Assembly: GCA_937899265.1 (NCBI GenBank)
Contig: CALBPV010000002.1
Coordinates: 1-61,970 of the forward strand
Direction of reading: 5' to 3'
From: an uncultured Bacteroidales bacterium
GTDB taxonomy: Bacteria; Bacteroidota; Bacteroidia; Bacteroidales; UBA3663
DNA length: 61,970 nt
Made by a program: the position numbers and the translations under genes. Positions 1 to 8,106 of this stretch are shown piece by piece (the first letter of the stretch is position 1; each line of letters starts with the position of its first letter). The notes under the pieces are model-generated. The model was not told the DNA's origin. It was given only the letters and a program-made list of their open reading frames with translations, and searched no databases.

Positions 1-14
1 TTTAGTGTGGCTGG

Positions 15-311
15 TCACACGCGATTATGCAGGTGACCCGTAAGTTTGTTGACCATCACGAAGTCAATGTCGGCATCAGGCTCGCTGACCACGTCGGTCA
101 CACCCCACTCGAAGGCCTGCTTCAAATTGTCGTCCAGACCGTCGGCCAGATATGCCTTGCCTATCAGCAGCACTGTTGGTTCGAATTTGTCTGTACCTTC
201 ACCATACTCTGTCAGGGGGTCAGCTACCGAGTTGTCGCTGTTGTCTGAGCACGATGCCATTCCTAACGCGAATGGGACAAGCATAATAAGGTTTCTAAAC
301 AGTTTTCTCAT
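15..311 (-). CDS. small lipoprotein of unknown function (98 aa)
   Basis: ATG at 309-311 (rc). Signal peptide ends in the lipobox LGMAS-C. The mature part is acidic. No family recognised. Confidence 0.55.
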   Translation of the reverse strand: MRKLFRNLIMLVPFALGMASCSDNSDNSVADPLTEYGEGTDKFEPTVLLIGKAYLADGLDDNLKQAFEWGVTDVVSEPDADIDFVMVNKLTGHLHNRV

Positions 312-496
312 CGCCTATAGAAATTTTTGTTGTTATTAAGGTTGGTTCTATTAATTCCACACGGTGTAGTTTGATATTGAGAGTGACACGAATACAGGTC
401 AGTGTCACACAAAAACCACAGAAATTCTTGCAGCAACGTTAATTTATTCTTTACCTTATATGAGGAAATATCTATCCCGTATGAGGGAATGTCCTA

Positions 497-537
497 ACGA
501 GGTCCGTACAGATCCGATGCCATGCACGGACCTCGTG
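497..537 (-). terminator. 11-bp-stem hairpin downstream of the Mfa2-like gene
   Basis: ACGAGGTCCGT-N18-ACGGACCTCGT lies about 50 nt past the stop at 584. There is no clear U-run. Confidence 0.3.
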
Positions 538-583
538 ATTAGAATCTAATTACAGTGCATAATAGCCTTTGGTCTTCTTATGA

Positions 584-1483
584 CTAAAAACTCATGTGCG
601 TTTCGCCGGCCCAGTCGGTATTCACCGTGACACCGGTCACCGAAGTAGATGACGAGCTGGAGCCGTTGAAGAAGGTGCCCGTGAGCCACGTGATATGGTT
701 CTGCTGCATGGGTACGTCGAACTCGCGCACATAGAGTTCATTACCACTGGCATCAAGGGCCGTCACCTTCATGGCGATGTTGTCCGACTGCTCGTGCAGG
801 AAGGTGTAGAGGTCGAACTGCGTCTGGCTACCGTCTGTCACATCGAACGTCACCGTCTGCTTACTATTCACGCTGCCCAAACCAGTGTATGCATTGAATG
901 CGCCCGAACCGCCGGTATAGTAGAACTGCATCTTCTTCACGTCAGCAGGAATGTCATCGGTAATCACAAAGCGACAGAGTGCTATGATGCGTTCGAGCGT
1001 CACGTCAACCTCCCAGGATTCTTCAGGTTCGATGGTGATGTCGCCACTCGAAAGGAACGTGTCGGTATAGCCCTGAGCATTGGTGAACGATATCTTCAGA
1101 GGGTTCGTTGATGTGGGGTTGCCGTTGGCGCTGTGGCCCACAACCACCAGCTGGTAGTCGCCCTCGTCAAGTTGGAACGAAGCCGTGCCGAACCCCGCAT
1201 TATCCGAAGTCTGGTTGACCATCTTCGCCCGCGAACCGTCCGTATTGTATATCAGGAAGTTCAGTCGGGTACACACTTCTGAGGCTGGCTGAGCGGCACG
1301 CGTCAGGCTGCCAAACGGTGTCTTCTCTATTTGGAACACCCGCACTCGCAGGTTGCCGTCAGGTTCTCCTGTCGTCTCATCGTCGGAGAAAATCGCCTTT
1401 TCACAGGACGTGAAGACCAGAGCGGTCAGCACGGACATCATCAGTGCTATGAAGGCACTGAACGAAAATATTTTTCGTGTCAT
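584..1483 (-). CDS. FimB/Mfa2-family (type V pilus anchor-like) lipoprotein, 299 aa
   Basis: Lipoprotein signal (LVFTS-C). Beta-rich sequence resembling Bacteroidales Mfa2/FimB proteins. ATG at 1481-1483 (rc). Confidence 0.6.
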   Translation of the reverse strand: MTRKIFSFSAFIALMMSVLTALVFTSCEKAIFSDDETTGEPDGNLRVRVFQIEKTPFGSLTRAAQPASEVCTRLNFLIYNTDGSRAKMVNQTSDNAGFGTASFQLDEGDYQLVVVGHSANGNPTSTNPLKISFTNAQGYTDTFLSSGDITIEPEESWEVDVTLERIIALCRFVITDDIPADVKKMQFYYTGGSGAFNAYTGLGSVNSKQTVTFDVTDGSQTQFDLYTFLHEQSDNIAMKVTALDASGNELYVREFDVPMQQNHITWLTGTFFNGSSSSSTSVTGVTVNTDWAGETHMSF

Positions 1484-1500
1484 AGTTGTGTCCTCCCTGC

Positions 1501-2433
1501 TTAGAAGTCCTTGTTGAACTCAGAATCCCACTCAGTCTCCAAAGTGAAAGCCCCTGCAGCATCACCGAAATGATACATCGCACCGGTGAGCTTTGTTGTT
1601 CGGTTACGCCTGAAAGGCACGTCGGTCACCACCTTGCTGAAAAGTACATTGCCTTCATCATCCAGTGTCTCGATGGTGACATCCATCGTCTCACCTTCTT
1701 CGGTGATGAAAAAGTTGATGGAGGAAAGCGTCGTCGCTCCTGCTGCCGTACTGGTTGTTGCCACATTGACAAAACCGGCATCCGATGTAGCAAAGCCAGT
1801 TATCGGGTTGAATCCCCTGCCGCCTTTCGACAACGAGATACGCACCTTCGTGGCCGCTTCCGTGCGATTGTCCGAAGACTGCACATTCAGTCGAGTAACA
1901 ATGCGGTTGAGCGTGGCTGTCAGGTCAACAGGCGTTTCATCGTCAATCGTCACATCCTGCGTGTAGCAGAACGTCTCGCGCGACTTGTCCTCGCCAAACA
2001 CGACATCCGTCATACTGTTGAACATCACAGGATAGTCACTGTTGTAGCCCAAGACAATCATCTTGTAGCTGCCCACCGGGAGGGTCAAACTGAAACTGCC
2101 CAACGTCGTATAGGTCGTGTTGTCGTTCTTCAGTTGCGTGAAGCAATAAACTTGCCTTGCTCCGTCGGAAGTGTAGAACGCCAGCGTCAGCGCCTTCACG
2201 TCGCTGTAAGATGCCGGAGCAGTTGCTGCACGCGTCGTTCCACGAGTCTCGCCGCTTCTTGTCGTTCCACTAGAAAACTCTTCTTGCGACACCGCGAACC
2301 CGCTCACACTCACCGTCACCGGTGCCAGCGCCTGCCCGTCAGAAGGATTAACACTTGAGTCCAAAGACTCGTCACTGCTGCACGAAGCAGCCAGCAGCAT
2401 GAATGCTGCGAAGAAAAACTTAACGTTCTTCAT
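1501..2433 (-). CDS. FimB/Mfa2-like lipoprotein paralogue (~310 aa)
   Basis: The track ORF runs to 2478. The internal ATG at 2433 gives MKNVKFFFAAFMLLAAS-C, a clean lipoprotein signal. Same overall layout as the 584-1483 product. Confidence 0.55.
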   Translation of the reverse strand: MKNVKFFFAAFMLLAASCSSDESLDSSVNPSDGQALAPVTVSVSGFAVSQEEFSSGTTRSGETRGTTRAATAPASYSDVKALTLAFYTSDGARQVYCFTQLKNDNTTYTTLGSFSLTLPVGSYKMIVLGYNSDYPVMFNSMTDVVFGEDKSRETFCYTQDVTIDDETPVDLTATLNRIVTRLNVQSSDNRTEAATKVRISLSKGGRGFNPITGFATSDAGFVNVATTSTAAGATTLSSINFFITEEGETMDVTIETLDDEGNVLFSKVVTDVPFRRNRTTKLTGAMYHFGDAAGAFTLETEWDSEFNKDF

Positions 2434-2469
2434 AATGTTTAATTGTTTTGAATTTAATAAATAATAAAC

Positions 2470-2496
2470 GGCAGACACTCTTCGTCTGCCTTTTTT
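2470..2496 (-). terminator. hairpin GGCAGAC-N7-GTCTGCC flanked by T/A runs
   Basis: Lies downstream of the CapD-like gene. T6 follows on the + side and a U-rich tail on the - side. It overlaps the discarded 5' extension of ORF 1501-2478. Confidence 0.4.
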
Positions 2497-2681
2497 ATTT
2501 ACATTACAAAGAACTTAAGTGTGATTACATACGCCACTCCACCTTCCCTCTTCGCAGAAATTTAGATTAGCGTCGTTTTGTGTTCGTTCAACTTCATACG
2601 TGATTTAGTTATCAATGCGATTTTTGCGGAACCGATTCTCCCCCAATGTTATACGTATCAACTGATTGAATCCGAGGGGGA

Positions 2682-4625
2682 TTATTTGGCGGGAGTATCG
2701 AGGACCTCATATTTGGAGTGGTTGCTCTTGTACTCTGGCACAATCTCCTTCATCTTGCGGACGGTGTCCATATCATCGTAGTTGTGGGCGATGGCGATGA
2801 GGTCGCAAATCTCGCGGTCGGCCTCTGTATATTCGTACTCCCGCACCTCGGCAATCTTGATTTTCTCGTGGAAGGTGGGTTTGACGTGCTCCTGCTCGTT
2901 AAGCACTTCTTCGTAGAGTTTTTCTCCGTCGCGGAGACCTGTGAAAGTAATCTTGACGTTATCGGCTCCGGAAAGGAGTATCATGCGGCGGGCCAAATCG
3001 ACAATCTTGACGGGGTTGCCCATGTCGAAGACGAATATCTCTCCGCCCTTGCCCATGACTCCTGCCTCCAAGACGAGTTTGCAGGCCTCGGAAATCAACA
3101 TGAAGTAGCGGATGATGTCGGGATGGGTGACTGTGAGGGGGCCACCTTTTTTGAGCTGCTCCTTGAAGAGGGGGATAACCGAGCCGTTGGAGCCGAGCAC
3201 ATTGCCGAAACGGGTGGTGACGAACTGTGTCGAACCCTTGACCGAACCTTCTGTTATCGCTTTGTTGAGCGACTGGACGTAAATCTCACAGATGCGTTTG
3301 GAGCATCCCATGACGTTGGTGGGATTGACGGCCTTGTCGGTGGAAACCATCACGAACTTCTTGACCCCATACTTGACGCTGAGGTCGGCAATGACCTTGG
3401 TGCCATAGATGTTGTTGTAAACGGCCTCGGAGGGATTGTCCTCCATCATGGGGACATGTTTGTAGGCCGCTGCGTGGAAGACATAGTCGGGACGGAACGC
3501 TCCGAAGATGTGCTCCATGCGGTCGTGGTCGGTAATGCTGGTGACCACCGTCTCGGACGGAATGTAGGGGAAATCGCGTTTCATCATGAGACGGACATCA
3601 TGCTGGGGTGTCTCGGCCTGGTCTATCAACATCATGGCAGCCGGATGGAATTTGGCCACCTGACGCACCATCTCGGAGCCGATGGAGCCGGCAGAGCCGG
3701 TGATGAGAACCTTGGTGCCCTTGAGCATCTTCTCGACCTCTTCGAGGCTGATTTTGATTTCATCGCGGGGCAGTAGGTCTTCGATGCTGACCTCCTTGAG
3801 ACGGATTTGCGAGAAATCGTCGTCGGTGCCGGTCCATTCCCGGGCACTTTGAGCCATGTATATCTTCACCCCCTCGGAGATGAGCATGTCTTGGAACTCC
3901 TGTTCGGCACGGAAATTCTTCATGCGATAGGGCGAAACGATGAGACCCCGTATGTGGCGTTGGCGGATAACGGAGCGAAGGTCATCGTCCTTGGTATAAA
4001 CCGGCTCCTGCAAAAGCGTGCTGCTGGCGAGTTTGCTGTCATGGGAGATGAAACCGCGCAAGAGATATTTGGCGGGCTTCTGACTGCGGAGGTTCTTGGC
4101 GATGCCTACACCGCCTGTCATGGCACCGTAGATAAGCACCGGGACGGCATTGGAATCGCGGGTGGAGATTTCGAACAAAGTCTTCACCAAGACACGCACG
4201 CCTCCCATCAGGAGGGTCGCCAGGATGTAGAGGGTGACCAAAACGCGCGGGGGCAGCCAAGTGAACCAGGCAGACAGACCCGATTCCTCCCAGAAAGGAA
4301 GAAGGATGTAGTGGAGGGCCAATGTCACGAGGAGGGCTGTGAGATTGGCAAATGCCACATGCTGAAGATCCGCGAACGAAGAATAACGGACAATACCCGT
4401 GTAAGTGCGGAAAATCCGGAATGTCACGACACTGACAACAATGGCTATCAGCAGGCTGTGGGTCAACGAGTAGAAATTGACCGTCATCTGATATCCGCCG
4501 TTGAACAGATAATAGGCGAACAACCCTGAAAACCAAATAATCAGAACATCAAGCAAGAGAATGCACCAATAGGGCAGTGCACTCTTGCGGAAATACCAAT
4601 TAAAAAATTGTTTCAATTGCTTCAT
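2682..4625 (-). CDS. polysaccharide biosynthesis protein, CapD/WbpM-type membrane-anchored nucleotide-sugar 4,6-dehydratase (647 aa)
   Basis: Start MKQLKQFFNWYF (ATG 4623-4625 rc). Four N-terminal TM helices, then a Rossmann motif LITGSAGSIGSE and the SDR core YKHVPMME / STDKAVNPTNVMG. Confidence 0.85.
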   Translation of the reverse strand: MKQLKQFFNWYFRKSALPYWCILLLDVLIIWFSGLFAYYLFNGGYQMTVNFYSLTHSLLIAIVVSVVTFRIFRTYTGIVRYSSFADLQHVAFANLTALLVTLALHYILLPFWEESGLSAWFTWLPPRVLVTLYILATLLMGGVRVLVKTLFEISTRDSNAVPVLIYGAMTGGVGIAKNLRSQKPAKYLLRGFISHDSKLASSTLLQEPVYTKDDDLRSVIRQRHIRGLIVSPYRMKNFRAEQEFQDMLISEGVKIYMAQSAREWTGTDDDFSQIRLKEVSIEDLLPRDEIKISLEEVEKMLKGTKVLITGSAGSIGSEMVRQVAKFHPAAMMLIDQAETPQHDVRLMMKRDFPYIPSETVVTSITDHDRMEHIFGAFRPDYVFHAAAYKHVPMMEDNPSEAVYNNIYGTKVIADLSVKYGVKKFVMVSTDKAVNPTNVMGCSKRICEIYVQSLNKAITEGSVKGSTQFVTTRFGNVLGSNGSVIPLFKEQLKKGGPLTVTHPDIIRYFMLISEACKLVLEAGVMGKGGEIFVFDMGNPVKIVDLARRMILLSGADNVKITFTGLRDGEKLYEEVLNEQEHVKPTFHEKIKIAEVREYEYTEADREICDLIAIAHNYDDMDTVRKMKEIVPEYKSNHSKYEVLDTPAK

Positions 4626-4688
4626 ACTGAAAAATTTGTGAGATAAAAAATCTGCAGAAAACCTGCGGTTCATGAGAATGAGAGAAAC

Positions 4689-4829
4689 GGAGAATGGCAT
4701 TCTCCAAAATACAAAGAAGATAGAGCGAGAAAAGGGAGAATCTCTCCTCCGAAATACAAAGAAGATAGAGCGAAAGAGGGAGAATCTCTTCTCCGAAATA
4801 CTCCGAAATACAAAGAAGACGGCGCGAGG
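4689..4829 (-). repeat. three ~44-bp tandem units, each with a short hairpin, between upxY and the capD-like gene
   Basis: Unit reads GGAGAAT..ATTCTCC / GGAGAA-TCTC-TTCTCC plus CGAAATACAAAGAAGATAGAGCGA. Read directly from the sequence. Confidence 0.8.
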
Positions 4830-4834
4830 GGCAC

Positions 4835-5410
4835 TCAGACGGGCTGCACATCTTCTGCGAGGATCTCGCTGAAAACGTAGTTGGTCTGTCCCATTTCGAC
4901 GCGGATGACGATGTAGGCCGTGTGGCCTTTCTTTGTGAACCAGCCACGGAAGCCGGCCATGGGGCCCCTTATTATCTGCACTTCCTGGTTGGGATGGAAA
5001 TCCTCGACCGAGAAGATGACGGGAGTTGTGGACTCTTTCAAGACAAACTGCAGTTGCTGCATCTGGTCTTCCGGCACGAAAGCATAGGGGAGGATGCCGT
5101 TTGCGTTGGGTTTGGCGGCCCGGTTCTTTTGGAAACGCCAGACGGAAGAATAGGCGAGCAGGATGTCCATGAGCTTGCGTTCCTCGGTGCGGACAAAAAT
5201 CCGTCCGGAGAGGAGAACCCGTTCGACCTCGCGACGATTGCGGCTCTTGTAAATGTGGGTTTCCTTCCGGGATGCGACATAAACCTCGTAACCGGCTTTC
5301 TGCAAACAGGCACGAATGGAAAGCTCTCTGGTTGGCTTGCATTCGGCAATGTACCATTTGGCGTTGCGTACGGCAACGCCAGAGCCCTTATGCAGAACAT
5401 TGAGACCCAT
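4835..5410 (-). CDS. UpxY-family (NusG-like) transcription antiterminator
   Basis: NGN-like KWYIAECKPTRE...GRIFVRTEE and KOW-like IIRGPMAGFRGWF. Start placed at ATG 5408-5410 (MGLNV). ATG 5446 is an alternative. The track start at 5524 is TTG. Confidence 0.8.
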   Translation of the reverse strand: MGLNVLHKGSGVAVRNAKWYIAECKPTRELSIRACLQKAGYEVYVASRKETHIYKSRNRREVERVLLSGRIFVRTEERKLMDILLAYSSVWRFQKNRAAKPNANGILPYAFVPEDQMQQLQFVLKESTTPVIFSVEDFHPNQEVQIIRGPMAGFRGWFTKKGHTAYIVIRVEMGQTNYVFSEILAEDVQPV

Positions 5411-5578
5411 TTTATCTGTGTCAGAGGATTGAATCACATCAGACATATAAGAAACTGTATCAGACCTTTCTTTCTTGAAGTTTTTACCCCCCCCTATGAC
5501 CATAGGGGAAATCACATCATGCAATCTTGAATTCAGAGCTTGACTCCTTTACAGATGAAAGGGTTGACATTTCGTGTG

Positions 5579-5586
5579 CAAATTTA
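5579..5586 (-). promoter_or_regulatory. candidate -7 box TAAATTTG for upxY
   Basis: Matches the Bacteroides TAnnTTTG consensus on the minus strand in an AT-rich region about 170 nt upstream of the start. No good -33 TTTG seen. Confidence 0.3.
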
Positions 5587-5964
5587 CAAAAAAACTTTAA
5601 TAAAAGAGCTAATTTACCCCATTTTTCTATCAGAACGGGGGCGATTTTAACAGAAAAGGGGGTGTTTTTTGATGTTCAGATGACAAAAAATCATGATTTC
5701 CCGTGTTATTTATGGCCGTTTTGTATATTTTCCGTATCTTTGTTGCCGCAAAGGCCAACGAAGCCGGAAAAACCACAAGGAAGCCGGTGAAGCCGAATCG
5801 GCTCCATGCAGGCGAGGCCGAAAATACCGGCTGTCCAGAGAGGTGACATTCGAACTCTGGGGCAGCCGGGGCAAGGAAGAAACTCCCGTGAGGTTTGTAA
5901 CCCGGTGGGCAACGCATGACAGCAGCATCGACCGGCAGGGAACACCTTTGGAGGAGGTGTTGAA

Positions 5965-6657
5965 TCAATCGAGGAAATAATCGACGGTGGTAACGACGCG
6001 AATCTTCTTGATGTAGGGCGTGTTCTCGTTGAGTGCTTCGATGGAGAACTGTCCTTGGGAAGCGCGACGGATGGAGCCGAGGTCGCACTGCGCATCGGCT
6101 GCAAATTTTTGGGCCACGGCACGGGCATTGCGAGTAGCCTCTTCAATCATGGAGGGCTTAAGGTCGTTAAGTCCCGTGAATTCGTAGTTTACATTCCAGT
6201 CGTTGTTGCCGATATTGATTCCCTCACGCATGAGTTCCCCTTGCCGAGCCCGGAGTTCCAGAACCTTGTCGATATTGGAGGTGACGACGGTGACCGTGGC
6301 GGATACCTGATAGCGGAAAGGGGCGTTGCTGTTCCAAGAATCTGCTTGACGGTCCTCAAGACGTGGAGCGGCCACATAGATTTCGGACTCGGGAATGCCG
6401 TTTTTCTTGAGGAAAGAGAGGACGGAAGCCTGTTTGCGGTCGAGGTCACCCCAAACGGAAGATACATCGTTGCTGACGATGCTGAAAGTGAGAGCCCAGG
6501 TGACACGGTCGGCCTTCACTTCACGTTCGGAAAGTCCTTTTACCGTGACGAAACGGTCCTTGGACGCCATCTCGTGAATACCCTTGTAAACAGCGTTTCC
6601 TGCGAGGAAAATACCCAACGCGAGGACAAAAACATTGATAAAGCTTTTGAGATTCAT
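5965..6657 (-). CDS. SIMPL-domain (DUF541) periplasmic protein, 230 aa
   Basis: N-terminal signal/anchor. Sequence resembles SIMPL / 26-kDa periplasmic immunogenic protein family. Only 18 bp downstream of the TolC-like gene. Confidence 0.7.
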   Translation of the reverse strand: MNLKSFINVFVLALGIFLAGNAVYKGIHEMASKDRFVTVKGLSEREVKADRVTWALTFSIVSNDVSSVWGDLDRKQASVLSFLKKNGIPESEIYVAAPRLEDRQADSWNSNAPFRYQVSATVTVVTSNIDKVLELRARQGELMREGINIGNNDWNVNYEFTGLNDLKPSMIEEATRNARAVAQKFAADAQCDLGSIRRASQGQFSIEALNENTPYIKKIRVVTTVDYFLD

Positions 6658-6675
6658 AGAATTGAAGTTTAAAAA

Positions 6676-8106
6676 TTACATAAGGCCGGCGGCCTTGTCA
6701 TAGCGTATGCTCTGCAGCGACCAGTTGCATCGGGCTTGCACATTGCGGGCGTAAGCCTGTTGCCAAAGGGTCTGTGCTTCGAGGAGGTCGGACAGCGACT
6801 CGAGACCGACATCGTAGGAACGACGCGAAGAACGGAGATTCTCAGCGGCCTGTTCGAGTGCCGTTTCGGTCATCTGAGCCTCCAGCCGAGCCTCATCGAG
6901 ATTGTTCCAAGCCTGACGGAGTTCGAGATTCATCTGTTCGTCGAGGTCGAGCTGGGAGAGGCGGGTACGGTCTGCCTCGAGTCGGGCTGCTTTGACTTTG
7001 TGATAACCTTCACCGAAATGGAAGAGGGGAACCTTTACGTTGACCAGCACCCCGAAATCTGCGCCATCGAGGAACTTACTGTTGTTCAGTTCGACGCCAT
7101 TGACATAGCTATATCCGGCAGCAACTCCCACCTGGGGCAAGAAATCTGCACGGGCGAGTTTTACCTTCTGGACAGCGAGTTGCGTCTGATAATCCAAGAT
7201 TCGATACTCGGGACGGGAAGAGATGTCGCCCATGGAAACTTCCTCATGAAGCGAAAGACTTTGGGGGTCAGCCAGAATCTTATCGGTGAGCGGCAACCCC
7301 AATTTCTGGGCCAGATTCATCTGCGCCAATTTGACGGCATTGTCGGCACGGCGCACTTGGAGTTCGGCCTCATTTTTCTTGACCTGAACCTTCAAGACCT
7401 CGTTTTTGGAAACCATGCCGTGGCGTTTGGCCGACTCGACATCGCGCAGGAGGCGGGACAAGAGGGTGTCATAGTCCAAAGCCACCTTGTTCATCTCCTG
7501 GGCCTGGACCAAGAGAGTATAAGCCTCGGTCACATCGACCAAAGTCTGGGAGACAGAAAGCTGCTCGTTGAGTTGGGACATGCGGTAGCCCAACTGTCCC
7601 ATACGATAGCCTGCAGAGACTTTGCCGCCCATGTAGAGCGGCTGTTCGACCGTCAGTCCGACCTGAATGACGTTCCCGATTTTATAGTCGATGTCCGCGC
7701 CCGGGAAGTAGGCATACTCCTTGAACACAGGCGTGGAGCCGTTCATGACAGGATTTCCGGTTGCATCGGTCAGAACATTGGGCACCATTGTGCCTGTTGC
7801 AGCGCTATAGCTGAAGGTAGGCAAATAACCGCCCGCAATGGAGAAGGTGCCGTCGCAAGTGGCCCAAAAGTCGTTGGCCTGCACCTTGAAATTGGGGAAG
7901 AAATTGGCACGGAGAGACTTCATCGTGTGCTCATACTGCTGCGTCTGGAGACGTGCAGAGGCCAAAGACCGATTGTGCTCCAAGGCCAAGCTTCGCGCAG
8001 AATCGAGGGAGAGAGTCTGAGCCGAGGAGGCACCGGCGACCGACAAGAGCACGACGAGGAAAGACACCCGAAGTCGGGAGGGCAGAATATAAAAAGGACT
8101 TGTCAT
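6676..8106 (-). CDS. TolC-family outer-membrane efflux protein
   Basis: Signal peptide, two OEP-type repeats, coiled-coil-rich. ATGA overlap with the RND gene stop. Confidence 0.85.
   Translation of the reverse strand: MTSPFYILPSRLRVSFLVVLLSVAGASSAQTLSLDSARSLALEHNRSLASARLQTQQYEHTMKSLRANFFPNFKVQANDFWATCDGTFSIAGGYLPTFSYSAATGTMVPNVLTDATGNPVMNGSTPVFKEYAYFPGADIDYKIGNVIQVGLTVEQPLYMGGKVSAGYRMGQLGYRMSQLNEQLSVSQTLVDVTEAYTLLVQAQEMNKVALDYDTLLSRLLRDVESAKRHGMVSKNEVLKVQVKKNEAELQVRRADNAVKLAQMNLAQKLGLPLTDKILADPQSLSLHEEVSMGDISSRPEYRILDYQTQLAVQKVKLARADFLPQVGVAAGYSYVNGVELNNSKFLDGADFGVLVNVKVPLFHFGEGYHKVKAARLEADRTRLSQLDLDEQMNLELRQAWNNLDEARLEAQMTETALEQAAENLRSSRRSYDVGLESLSDLLEAQTLWQQAYARNVQARCNWSLQSIRYDKAAGLM

Noticed and set aside
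4626-5357. N-terminal 244 aa of track ORF 2682-5357 (891 aa)
   Set aside because: This part overlaps the UpxY gene in another frame and runs through the 44-bp repeats. The CapD-like protein has a natural start (MKQLKQFF, ATG 4625) followed at once by its TM helices.
5750-5960. Cobalamin or TPP riboswitch
   Set aside because: A GGAAGCCGGTGAAGCC stretch superficially recalls the cobalamin core. However, no B12 box (GCCACTG-like) or TPP CTGAGA / ACCTGA elements follow, and no downstream gene lies on the + strand.
5411-5964. Invertible (phase-variable) promoter upstream of upxY, as in B. fragilis capsule loci
   Set aside because: I found no pair of inverted repeats bracketing the promoter region and no nearby recombinase gene.
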